Shown here one piece after another: positions 30,470-40,344 of a DNA stretch of 64,000 bases; position 1 is the first letter of the stretch; the number at the start of each line of letters is the position of its first letter. Both the position numbers and the translations under genes were made by a program. Under the pieces are notes generated by a model that worked only from the letters and a program-made list of their open reading frames with translations, was not told where the DNA came from and did not search any database. The stretch covers positions 339,760 to 403,759 of the forward strand of contig CAVPHR010000006.1 in NCBI GenBank assembly GCA_963704775.1, in the 5' to 3' direction. Source of the stretch: an uncultured Chloroflexia bacterium (GTDB lineage: Bacteria > Chloroflexota > Limnocylindria > Limnocylindrales > CSP1-4).

Positions 30470-30939
30470 CCGAAGCAGGCGCCAATCCCCGCGGCGCCGC
30501 CCGCCCCCGGAGCAACGCATCGAAGTGACGGCCGCCCAGCGCCTCCGCGCTGTCATCGCGCTCGGCATCATCAACGTGCTCCTGGTCTCGGTCGCACTGG
30601 CGGTCAGCGTGGCCGATCTGACCGCTCCGGGCCGGGCCGCGGGTTCGACCCCAGGGACCGCGGTGGCCTCGCCTGCCGCGACAGGGACGACCCCGAGCCA
30701 GGCGACCACAGCCAACGGCCCGACGCCGCCACCGGCATCGTGCCGGTCGTCGCCGGGGACGAACCCCGGCAGCTCCCCGTCGGGCGCGATCGCCTCGCCG
30801 GGCACGCCGGCCTCACCGCCTCCGAGTGGCGGCCCGGTCGTGGTCCCGACCGAGGCACCGGGCGCAGGCCCGACCGAGGCACCGGGCGAACCGGTCGTGT
30901 CGCGGCCCACCCAGCCGCCCTCGAAGACGCCGGCACCGA

Positions 30940-31086
30940 AGCCGACGTCCGAGCCGAACCCGACCTCGAATCCGACCTCAAATCCCACGCCGAAGCCGAC
31001 CTCGAATCCGACGTCCGCGCCCACCTCGAACCCGACGTCGGCCCCGACGTCCGCTCCCACCTCGGCTCCGACCTCGGCCCCGACCC
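30940..31086 (+). repeat. Degenerate 12/18-nt tandem repeats encoding the PTS(N/A) units
   Basis: Repeated ccgacctcgaatccg / ccgacgtccgcgccc-type units are visible by eye. Confidence 0.6.
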
Positions 31087-31371
31087 AGGACCCCGACGGC
31101 CAAGCCACCCCCGACGCCGACCTCCAACCCGACGACCGGCCCCGAACCGACGAGGAAGCCGGTCGTCAACCCGGGCCCGAAGCAGACGTTCAAGCCGATC
31201 AAGTTCCCGTCGCCCCCGGACCGGTGCAACAACGCCCATCGGGACCGCGGCAGGCATGCGCGGCCGTGCGACCGCGACAAGCAGCACGACCATGACAAGG
31301 ACCGCCGGGACCACGACGACCGTGATCGCTCGCGCGACCGGGACAAGGACCAGGCCCACGACCGCGACCAC

Positions 31372-31473
31372 GACAAGGACAAGGACAAGGACAAGCCGAA
31401 GCCGAAGCCAAAGCCGAAGGACAAGCCCAAGGAGCGGCCCGTGCACCACGAGCGCCACGAGCGCCACGAGCGC
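31372..31473 (+). repeat. Coding microsatellites: (GACAAG)x4, (CCGAAG-like)x4, (CACGAGCGC)x3
   Basis: 31372-31395 is gacaag x4. 31396-31419 is ccgaag ccgaag ccaaag ccgaag. 31447-31473 is cacgagcgc x3. Confidence 0.8.
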
Positions 31474-31593
31474 CATCACGACGGGCACCACGGGCAAGGG
31501 CACGAGCGGCACCATGACGACGACCACGGGAGGGGCAACCACTAGGTCGCCCGTCAGCCCGGGGGGCACGATGTCGCGCCCATCGCCGACGTA

Positions 31594-31623
31594 TTGCGCC
31601 CGCCCAGTCCGCCGCGCTAGGCT
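31594..31623 (+). promoter_or_regulatory. Putative promoter TTGCGC, 18-nt spacer, TAGGCT
   Basis: The hexamers are at 31594-31599 and 31618-31623, 60 nt before the ATG at 31683, which has a GGAGAG Shine-Dalgarno sequence. Confidence 0.35.
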
Positions 31624-31682
31624 CGCGTCCCCCGGCCTCGTGCGACCGCCATGCCGTCGGGGGCTGAGTGCAGGAGAGCGTG

Positions 31683-33058
31683 ATGGCGCCATCGGACCCT
31701 CGACAGACGAAGTTCGTCCTCGACGAATCACGGATCCCGCGCGCCTGGTACAACATCGCGGCCGACCTGCCGGTCCCCGGTTCGCCGCCGCTCCACCCGG
31801 GCACGCATCAGCCGCTCGGCCCGGACGACCTGGCCCCGCTCTTCCCGATGGCGCTCATCGGCCAGGAGGTCGTCGACCGAGCGCGAGATCGAGATCCCCG
31901 AGCCGGTCCGCGACGCGTATCGCCTGTACCGTCCCAGCCCGCTCTACCGCGCCCACCGCCTGGAGAAGGCGCTCGATACGCCGGCCCACATCTACTACAA
32001 GTACGAGGGCGTGAGCCCGGCCGGCAGCCACAAGCCCAACACCGCGCTCGCCCAGGCGTTCTACAACAAGGAGGCCGGGGTCAAGCGGCTCGCGACCGAG
32101 ACCGGCGCGGGCCAGTGGGGGAGCGCGCTCGCGTTCGCCGGCGCGGTCTTCGGGCTCGAGGTCAAGGTCTACATGGTCCGCGCCAGCTACGACCAGAAGC
32201 CGTACCGCCGGATCCTGATGGAGACGTACGGCGCCGAGGTCGTGGCCAGCCCGTCGCTCGACGACCAACTACGGCCGCTCGGTCCTGGCCGAGACCCCGG
32301 ACAGCCCGGGCTCGCTGGGCATGGCGATCAGCGAGGCGGTCGAGGACGCCGCCACCCGCGACGACACCAAGTACTCGCTCGGTTCCGTGCTCAATCACGT
32401 GCTCCTGCACCAGACCGTCATCGGCCAGGAGGCGATCGAGCAGATGGGGATGGCCGGCGAGTACCCGGACGTCGTCATCGGCTGCGCCGGCGGCGGCTCG
32501 AACTTCGCGGGCCTGACCTTCCCGTTCCTCGGCCGCAACTTCCGCGACGGGGCGAAGCACCGGATCATCGCCGTCGAGCCCGAGGCGGCGCCGAGCCTGA
32601 CCCGCGGCGTCTACGCCTACGACTTCGGCGACACCGGCAAGATGGCGCCGATCGTGAAGATGCACACGCTGGGGTCGGACTTCATCCCCGATCCGATCCA
32701 CGCGGGCGGCCTGCGCTACCACGGCATGTCGCCGCTCGTGAGCCTGCTCAAGGAGCACGGCTTCATCGAGGCCCGGAGCGTCCACCAGCGGGCGAGCTTC
32801 GAGGCGGGCGTGGCCTTCGCGCGGGCCGAGGGCATCCTGCCGGCCCCGGAGCCGACCCACGCCATCCAGGTCGCGATGGACGAGGCGCTGGCCGCCACGC
32901 GAGGCGGGCGAGGCCAAGGTCATCCTGTTCAACCTGTGCGGCCACGGCCACTTCGACCTGTCGGCCTACGAGCGCTACCTGTCCGGGGACCTCGAGGACT
33001 ACGAGTACCCGCTCGAGAAGGTCGAGGCCGCGCTGGCCTCGCTCCCGGTCGAGTCTGA
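31683..33058 (+). pseudogene. trpB: TrpB2-type tryptophan synthase beta chain (PLP enzyme), frameshifted; 3' end ambiguous
   Basis: Segments: [36 protein letters not shown] (third frame), [45 protein letters not shown] (ORF 32011..), [22 protein letters not shown] (ORF 32321..), [22 protein letters not shown] in another frame. Confidence 0.8.
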
Positions 33059-33059
33059 G

Positions 33060-33350
33060 ATGCCCAAGCTGGCCTGTCGCGCGTGCGGTCGGCAGATCTA
33101 CACGACGGTCCCGCTCGAGTCGCTGTTCGCCGAGGAGCGGCGCTGCCCGCGCTGTGGCGCACTGCTCAACGACGAGCGGCGCGACGCCGAGCGGCGCCTG
33201 ACGAATCGCCGCCAGAACCCGCCCGACGACCCGGGTCCGCCCGAGGCCGACGCGGAACGTCGCTCGACTGACCGCCGTGGCCGCCGCCGACGCGGTGGCG
33301 GTCCGACCGGCGGACCGCTCTCCGGCAACGACCCTGGCTGGGTCGACTGA
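33060..33350 (+). CDS. Small zinc-ribbon protein (CxxC...CxxC) with an Arg-rich disordered tail
   Basis: 96-aa ORF: [42 protein letters not shown]... It is in the same frame as the last readable TrpB2 segment, with no stop between them. Confidence 0.45.
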   Translation: MPKLACRACGRQIYTTVPLESLFAEERRCPRCGALLNDERRDAERRLTNRRQNPPDDPGPPEADAERRSTDRRGRRRRGGGPTGGPLSGNDPGWVD

Positions 33351-33369
33351 TCCGGCCGGCCCGTCGGCC

Positions 33370-34261
33370 GTGCGCCGCGTCCGCGTCGCGTTCCTCGGCT
33401 TCGGGCTGATCGGCGGATCGATCGCCCGCGCGCTCGTCTGGCCGAGCCCGACGGCTGGGACCTGGTCGGCTGGAGCCCGACCGGCGGCGGCGCCGCCCGC
33501 GCGCTCGCGGACGGCGTGCTGGACCAGGTCGCCGCGACCGGCCCGGACGCCCTGGCCGGGGCCGAGCTCGTGGTCCTCGCCGCACCCGCCTCGGACTGCC
33601 TCGATCTCGCTCGACGCGCTCGCCGGGCCGTGGTCCGGGTCGCTGGTCGCGGGTGCGGTCGTCACCGACGTGGCGAGCACGAAGGGGCAGCTCGTCGCGC
33701 GCGGCCGACGCGCACCAGCCTGCGGTTCGTCGGCGGCCACCCGATGGCCGGCCGGGAGGCGGCCGGCTACGGCGCGGCGACGGCGGACCTGTTCGCGGGC
33801 CGGCCGTGGGTGCTCGTGCCGGGCGCGGCGGCGACGCACGGCCGATGTGGCCGCGCGTCGAGTCGCTGGCGGCGGCCTGCGGCGCCCGGCCGGTGCGTGA
33901 TGACGCCGGCGGCGCACGACGACGGTGGTCGCCGCGATCAGCCACCTGCCGCTCGTCGTCGCGGCCGCGCTCGTCGAGGCCGTGGCGGCGCCGGGCGGCG
34001 ACCCGCGGCCGGACTGGCCGGAGGCGTACGACCTGGCGGCGTCGGGCTGGCGCGACATGACCCGGCTGGCCCGCGGCGACGTCGCGATGGGCGCGGCGAT
34101 CGCGGCGACGAACGCGCCGGCGATCGCCGCCGGCTGCGCGACCTGCGGGCCGTCCTCGACGCGCTGGCTCGTCGACCTCGAGCGGCCGGCGGGCCCGGAC
34201 GAGGACGCGCCATCGAGGCGCGGCTCGCCGACGCGCAGGCGCGCTCGCGGACGAGGCCTGA
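33370..34261 (+). pseudogene. tyrA: Prephenate dehydrogenase, frameshifted
   Basis: Segments VRVAFLGFGLIGGSIARAL, AELVVLAAP, VTDVASTKG, FVGGHPMAGRE, AISHLPLVVAAALV and GWRDMTRLARGD are spread over ORFs 33277.., 33516.., 33653.. and 33925... Confidence 0.75.
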
Positions 34262-34265
34262 GCGG

Positions 34266-34885
34266 CGCCGGTCGGACGAGCGGGTGCTGGTCGTGCCGCG
34301 GCGACGTCCTGCCCGACCAGGGCCGGCTGGACGGCGTCCGCACGGACGGCCTCGACGGCGTTCGCTCGAGCTCGTCGCGCGCGAGGGCCGGTTCGCGCCC
34401 GCGGCGCCGCGATGGAGATCGACCCGTCCTTCAAGCAGGTGATCCCGTACCTCGTGCTGCGCGACGGCGAGCGCTTCTTCCTGATGCGCCGGACCCGGGC
34501 CGGCGGCGACGCGCGGCTGCACGACCGGTGGTCGATCGGCGTCGGCGGCCACCTCAACCCCGGCGACGGCGACCTCGCCGGCGGCCTGCGCCGCGAGTGG
34601 GCCGAGGAGGTCGTCGCCGACTTCGAGCCGGCGTTCCGGCTGGTCGGCCTGCTCAACGACGACACGACCGACGGTCGGCTCGGTCCACCTCGGCGCGGTG
34701 TACGTGGCGGACGCCGCGGGCCGGCCCGTCGCGATCCGCGAGACCGACAAGCTCGACGGGGTCGTTCGCCGAGCCGGCCGAGGTCGCGGCCGTCGCCGAC
34801 GAGCTCGAGACGTGGAGCCGCTTGATGTTCGAGGCATCTCGAGGCGTCGGCAGTGACGATAGGCGTCGTCGGAGGTCCGATGTGA
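34266..34885 (+). pseudogene. YmaB-like Nudix-fold hydrolase, frameshifted; ends approximate
   Basis: Segments: ERVLVVPR, MEIDPSFKQVIPYLVLRDGERFFLMRRTRAGGDARLHDRWSIGVGGHLNPGD..GLRREWAEEV (ORF 34412..), VHLGAVYVADAAGRPVAIRETDKL in another frame. The family call is from memory. Confidence 0.5.
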
Positions 34886-36310
34886 CCCGTCGCATCGGCC
34901 GGTTCCTGTTCGCGCTCCCGCTCCTGCTGGGGCTCATCGGGCTGCTCGCCGGGCGGGCCTGTCGCGCGCGGCCGAGCGGCGACGTCGTCGTCCTGCCGGC
35001 GACCGGCGTCGTGGACAACGTCATGGCCGGCTACCTCGAGGAGGGCATCGCGCAGGCCGCCGCGGCGGGCGCCCCGGCCGTCGTCATCGAGCTCAACACG
35101 CCGGGCGGCAGCCTCGACGCGACGCAGCAGATCGTCATGCGCGCTGCTCGAGGCCGCCGTGCCGACGATCGTGTGGGTCGCCCCGCGGGCGGCCGGGCGG
35201 CGAGCGCCGGGACGTTCATCACGCTCGCCGGCCAACCTCGCGCTCATGGCGCCCGGGCACGAACATCGGCGCGGCCTCGCCGGTCGGCGGCCAGGGCGAG
35301 GACATCCCGGGCACGCTCGGCGAGAAGGTGCAAGCAACGACGCGATCGCCAACATCACGTCGATCGCCGAGGCGCGCGGCCGGCAACGTCGACTGGGCCG
35401 TGTCGACCGTCGCCGAGGCGCAGTCGTACGCCGGCCAGCCGAGGCGGTCGCGGTCGGCGCCGTGGACGGCATCGCCGACACGCATCGACGACGGTCCTGG
35501 CGCAGCGCCGACGGCCAGGACGGTCGACGGTCGCGCGGCCAGCCGGTACGCTCGATCTCGACGGCCGACGTCGGGACCGACGGAGCTGCGCGATGAACCC
35601 GTTCCAGTCGCTGCTCCACCTGCTGTCCGACCCGAACATCGCGTTCATCCTGTTCACGCATCGGCGTTCTACGGGCTGCTGTTCGAGCTCCAGAACCCGA
35701 ACTTCGTGACCGGCATCCTCGGGCGCCCTCGCGCTCATCCTCGCGTTCATCGGCTTCGGCAGCCTGCCGCTCAACGTCGCCGGCCTGCTGCTCATCGTCC
35801 TCGGCGATCGTGCTGTTCGTCCTCGAGTTCACCGTCACCAGCCACGGCCTGCTCGCGATCGGCGGGATCATCTGCTTCGCGCTGGGCGCGTCCGCGCTGT
35901 ACACGGCGCCCGGCGACGCCGACCGCGCCGGTCGATCGCGGTCGACCCTGCCGATCATCGTGGTCATGCACGGCGACCGACCGCGCTGCTCATGTGGCGC
36001 TCGATCGCTGTTCGCGGTCGATCCGCTGACGACGGCGGATGGGCGCGACCGCTCAGGCACCGTCGACCGGCCCGTCGTCGGCGCGGGGTCCGATGGGCGT
36101 CGTCCGGACCCCGCTCGATGCCCGCTGGGCTCGGTCTACGCTCGCCGGCGAGGAGTGGACGCGCCCGGACCGAGGCCGGCGCGACGATCCCGCCCGGGAC
36201 ACGCCGGTCCGCGTCGTCCGCCGGCGACGGCCTGACGGCTCATCGTGGAACCCATCGAGACGCTGCGCGCCGGACGCCACCGGCCCCCAACGGAGACGTC
36301 GATGCCGTGA
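34882..36310 (+). pseudogene. NfeD-family membrane-bound ClpP-class serine protease (long form), frameshifted
   Basis: Segments: VVVLPATGVVDNVMAGYLEEGIAQAAAAGAPAVVIELNTPGGSLDATQQIV, AASAGTFITLA, NIGAASPVGGQGEDIPGTLGEKV, VLFVLEFTVTSHGLLAIGGIICFALGASALY (ORF 35810..), and the OB-fold end GEEWTARTE..PVRVV. GTG at 34882 after GGAGG. Confidence 0.7.
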
Positions 36311-37301
36311 ACTCGCCGTTCCTGCATCTCGCTCATCTTCGGCGGTCGTCCTGATCCTGGTCGATCCTGTACCTGTCGATCCGGGTCGTCAAGCAGTACG
36401 AGCAGCTGGTCGTGTTCCGCCTGGGCAAGACCGAACGAGTCGCCTGGTCCAGGGCCCGGGCCTCGTGTTCCTGATCCCGATCGTCGACCGGCCGGTCAAG
36501 GTCGACCTGCGCGAGCAGTTCATCGAGGTGCCCAGCCAGACGACGATCACCAAGGACAACGCGCCGATCAACATCGACTTCCTGATCTACTGGCGGATCG
36601 TCGACCCGCTCAAGAGCGTCGTGAACGTCGCCGAACTTCGCGGGCGCGCTCCAGGGCGTGGCGACGACGACCCTGCGCGCCGTCATCGGCGACATCCTGC
36701 TCGACGACGTGCTCTCGCAAGCGCGACCAGATCAACGAGGTCCTGCGGACGAAGCTCGACGAGATCACCGAGCGCTGGGGCGGCAAGGTCACCCGCGTCG
36801 AGATCCGCGAGATCACCCCGCCGCGCGACGTCCAGGACGCGATGAACCGGCAGCTGTCGGCCGAGCGGACGCGGCGCGCGGTCATCACCGAGTCCGAGGG
36901 CGCCCGGCAGTCCGCGATCAACGTCGCCGAGGGCCAGAAGCAGTCCGAGATCCTCAAGGCCGAGGGCGAGCGGCAGGCGGCGATCCTGCGGGCCGAGGGC
37001 TTCAGCCAGGCGCTCGACGCGGATCTTCACGGCCGCCTCGCGGCGTCGACGAGAAGACGATGGCGCTCCAGTACCTCGAGGCGCTCAAGGCGCTCGGCGC
37101 CGAGCCCGTCGACGAAGTACGTCATCCCGATCGAGTTCACCCGCCTGGCTCGAGCCGGTCGGCGACTACGTCGAGGCGGGCATCGGCGGCTCCGGTGGGC
37201 CGCCTCGGCGCGACCGAGGGGATCGGCCGCCCGCCGCCAGGCTCGCCGCCAGCGGCTCGCGCCGCCGGCCGCCGCCGATCGGCCAGGCTGCCGCGGCCTG
37301 A
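36307..37301 (+). pseudogene. Stomatin/slipin-type SPFH (Band-7) protein, frameshifted
   Basis: Segments: PGLVFLIPIVDRPVKVDLREQFIEVPSQTTITKDNAPINIDFLIYWRIVDPLKSVVNV (ORF 36039..), LQGVATTTLRAVIGDILLDDVLS, RDQINEVLRTKLDEITERWGGKVTRVEIREITPPRDVQDAMNRQLSAERTRRAVITESEGARQSAINVAEGQKQSEILKAEGERQAAILRAEG. The GTG overlaps the NfeD stop (GTGA). Confidence 0.8.
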
Positions 37302-37374
37302 CCAGCCGGCGATGGGACCATGCCCGTGGACCGCTGGCACCGCGCTGGGAGCGTCGCTCGCGGGATCCGTATCC

Positions 37375-37380
37375 TATAAT
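37375..37380 (+). promoter_or_regulatory. Consensus -10 TATAAT
   Basis: Perfect TATAAT in the 150-nt gap before the REC-ParA gene. There is no clear -35. Confidence 0.4.
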
Positions 37381-37451
37381 TCACGGCGCCGTCGGGGACC
37401 CCGAGCCGGCGCGCTCGACGTCCGGTCGTCAGAACGCCCGCGGAGGACGGA

Positions 37452-38654
37452 TTGGCCGGCAAAGATCCTCGTCGTCGACGACGACCCGAACGTCCAGCGT
37501 CTGCTGCAGTACACGCTCAAGCAGGAGGGCTACGACGTCTCGTCGCCGCCGACGGCGCCGAGGGCTTCCGGCTGTGGGGCAGCCGAGGCGCCGGACCTGA
37601 TCCTGCTCGACGTCACGCTGCCGAAGCTCGACGGCTACCAGGTCGCCACGAAGATCCGGGCCGAGGAGGGCCGCCGGCGCCACGTCCCGATCATCATGCT
37701 CACCGCCGAGCGCGAGGTCGAGCAGAAGGTCCGCGGCCTGCGCGCCGGCGCCGACGACTACCTGATCAAGCCGTTCCACCCGGCCGAGCTGCTGGCCCGG
37801 ATCAAGAGCCTGCTCGCCCGCTTCGCGCCGCGCGACTCGCTCGTCGGCCGGCCGCCGATGGGCCGCATCCTCGCCTTCTACGGGGCGAAGGGCGGCGTGG
37901 GCACGACGACGATCGCGATCAACGCCGCGATCGCGCTCCACCGCGAGCTCGGGCGGAAGGTCTGCCTGGTCGACGGCAACCTCCAGTTCGGCGACCACCG
38001 CGTGTTCCTCGACCTCGGGCTCGACCGCAAGAGCATCGTCGACGTCGTGACCGCGACCTCGATCGACGGCGACCTCATCAAGTCAAGTGCTCGTCAAGCA
38101 CGACTCGGGCGTCGACCTGCTGCTCGCGCCGCCGTCGCCCGAGACCGCCGAGCTCGTGACACCCCGACCACATGCCGCAGATCCTCGAGCTGCTGCGCGG
38201 CCATGTACGACTACATCATCGATCGACATCGACAAGCGCCTCGACGACGTCAACCTCATGGTCCTCGACGGCGCCGACACGATCTTCGTGGTCATGACCG
38301 CCGACCTGTCGTGCCTCAAGAACGTGCGCCTCGTGCTCGAGACGATCGGCCACCTCGGCTACGAGCCGAGCAAGGTCCAGCTGGTCCTCAACCGCTCGAA
38401 CGCGTTCACCGGCATCAACGTGAAGAACGCCGAGGGCGCCCTGCGCCGCACGATCGAGCACCAGATCGTGAACGAGTACCGCGGCGCGATCAGCGCCCTC
38501 AACAGCGGCGCGCCGTTCATGTTCAGGAAGGCCGACTCGGTGCTCGGCGCGGTCGCTGCTCGACTTCGCGCGGGCCGTCGACAAGCCGGCACGGCGCCGT
38601 CGACCGCGAAGGCCGTCACGGCGCGCTGAACCGCGTCCCGTCGCGCGGCGGTAA
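37452..38654 (+). pseudogene. Response-regulator receiver domain fused to a MinD/ParA-type ATPase (CpaE-like), frameshifted
   Basis: Segments: KILVVDDDPNVQRLL, PDLILLDVTLPKLDGYQV, GADDYLIKPFHPAELLARI, ILAFYGAKGGVGTTTIAINAAIAL (deviant Walker A), LVDGNLQFGD (ORF 36658..), IFVVMTADLSCLKNVRLVLETIGHLGY (ORF 38087..). The TTG at 37452 follows GGAGGA. The frame breaks inside the AAA run at codon 4. Confidence 0.75.
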
Positions 38655-38707
38655 GCCGCGCGTGAGCGGTCGGTGAGCCCCGGGTAAGTCCGAGTGAGCG
38701 GCCCGGC

Positions 38708-38713
38708 TAGGGT
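38708..38713 (+). promoter_or_regulatory. -10 TAGGGT placed 6 nt before the comM GTG (leaderless candidate)
   Basis: cggcTAGGGTggccgcGTG. Confidence 0.35.
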
Positions 38714-38719
38714 GGCCGC

Positions 38720-40343
38720 GTGCTCGCCACCCTCCTGTCCGCCACCCTCTACGGCCTCGACGGCCGGGTCGTCCGGGTCGAGGTGGACGTCGCGCCCGGG
38801 CTGCCCGGGCTTCACGATCGTCGGCCTGCCCGACGCCGCGCTGTCGGAGGCGCGCGAGCGGGTCCGCGGCGCGCTGCGCAACGCCGGGTTCAACCATCCG
38901 CCGCGGCGGATCACGGTCAACCTCGCGCCGGCGGAGCTGCGCAAGGCCGGCGCCTCGCTCGACCTCGCGATCGCGCTCGGGATCCTGCTCGGCTCGGAGC
39001 AGCTCCGGGCCGGCCCGCGGTCGGGTCGGCGCTGATCGGCGAGCTGTCGCTCGGCGGCGAGGTCCGCGCGCGTGCCCGGGCATCCTGCCGATGGTCGCGG
39101 CGCTCGCCCGGCGCGGCGTCCGGCGGGTCGTCGTGCCGGCCGAGGCGGCCGCCGAGGCGGCGCTCGTCGACGGGCATCGAGTCGGTCGGCGGTCGACACG
39201 CTGGCCGATGCGGTCGAGGCCGTCCGGGCGCCTCGATCGCGGCAGCGCGCCGTCGGCGCCGCCGCCGGGTCGACGCTCGTCGGGCCGTCGCGGACGTCGG
39301 CAGCGGTCGCGGTCCGGCGCCGTCCGCAGCCGTCGACGTCGCGAGCCGGTTCCCGGACCTCGCCGAGGTCCGCGGCCAGGCTCGCAGGCTCGGCGGGCGC
39401 TCGAGATCGCCCTCGCCGGCGGCCACGGGCTGCTGCTGATCGGGCCGCCCGGGTCGGGCAAGACGCTGCTGGCGCGGACGATGCCCGGGCTGCTGCCGCC
39501 GCTCGACGACGCGGCCGCGCTGGCGGCGACGATCGTCGCGTCGGCCGCGGGCGACGGCCCGATCACGCGGGCTCGTCCGCGCGGCCGCCGTTCCGCGGCC
39601 CCGCACCACACGATCTCCTACGCGGCGCATGGTCGGCGGCGGCCCGCGGCTGTCGCCCGGCGAGGTGACGCTGGCCGACCACGGCGTCCTGTTCCTCGAC
39701 GAGCTGCCGGAGTTCGACCGCGACGTGCTCGAGGCGCTCCGCCAGCCGCTCGAGGACGGCCGCGTCGCGATCGCCCGGGTCGGCCGGTCGACGACGTTCC
39801 CGGCCCGCTTCCAGCTCGTCGCCGCGATGAACCCGTGCCCGTGCGGGTTCGCGGGCGTCGAGCGACCGCGACTGCCGCTGCACGTCGGCCGGCGTGCCGA
39901 GCGGTACACTGCGCGGGTCTCGGGGCCGCTGCGCGACCGGATCGACCTGTGGGTCGACGATGCCGCGTGTCGCCGGCGGCGCTCGATCATGGGCGGGCCG
40001 GAGCCCGGAGACCTCCGCGGTGGTCGGCGCGCGGATCGTGGCCGCGCGGACGATCGCTCGCACGCGTGGCGCGGCGGACTGGTCGATGAACGGCCGGCTG
40101 ACCGGGCCGCCGCTGCGGGCGGCATGCGCGCCTGGATGCCGCCGCCGCGGCGCCGGGTCGTCCAGCCTCGCGGAGCTCGAGTCGGCCAGCGGCCGCGGCA
40201 CGGAGCGGCTCCTGCGGGTCGCCCGGACGATCGCCGACCTCGGCGGCGACGAGGCGGTCCGCGAGCGAGCATCTCGACGAGGCCGCCCGTTCCGGTACCG
40301 CTCCACGGACGCGCGCGGCTCGCGCGAGCTGCGGGCCGGCTGA
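38720..40343 (+). pseudogene. comM: YifB/ComM-family Mg-chelatase-like AAA+ ATPase, frameshifted
   Basis: Segments: [162 protein letters not shown]. Confidence 0.85.
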
Positions 40344-40344
40344 G

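Larger units (their letters stand above)
30525..31545 (+). pseudogene. Membrane-anchored Pro/Thr/Ser-repeat protein with a His/Asp/Lys/Arg-rich C-terminal tail (one frameshift near 31095)
   Basis: N-terminal TM segment LRAVIALGIINVLLVSVALAV. PT-rich linker with PTSNPTSNPTPKPTSNPTSAPTSNPTSAPTSAPTSAPTSAPT (ORF 30525..). The tail is DRDKQHDHDKDRRDHDDRDRSRDRDKDQAHDRDHDKDKDKDKPKPKPKPKDKPKERPVHHERHERHERHHDGHHGQGHERHHDDDHGRGNH (ORF 30826..31545). Confidence 0.55.

Noticed and set aside
29951-31108. A 385-aa minus-strand ORF with Gly/Val/Glu/Phe repeats (VGAEVGADVGFEVG...).
   Set aside because: It is the reverse-complement reading of the PTS(N/A) repeats. The plus strand has a start with a Shine-Dalgarno sequence, a TM anchor and a defined stop, whereas the minus frame has no start context.
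33166-36060. A 964-aa minus-strand ORF. Other Arg/Pro/Ala-rich long ORFs include 11022..12590, 38917..40836, 45953..47209 and 30185..32014.
   Set aside because: They are low-complexity Arg/Pro/Ala translations typical of off-frame or antisense reading of GC-rich coding DNA. They have no recognisable motifs and overlap genes with clear homology on the other strand or frame.
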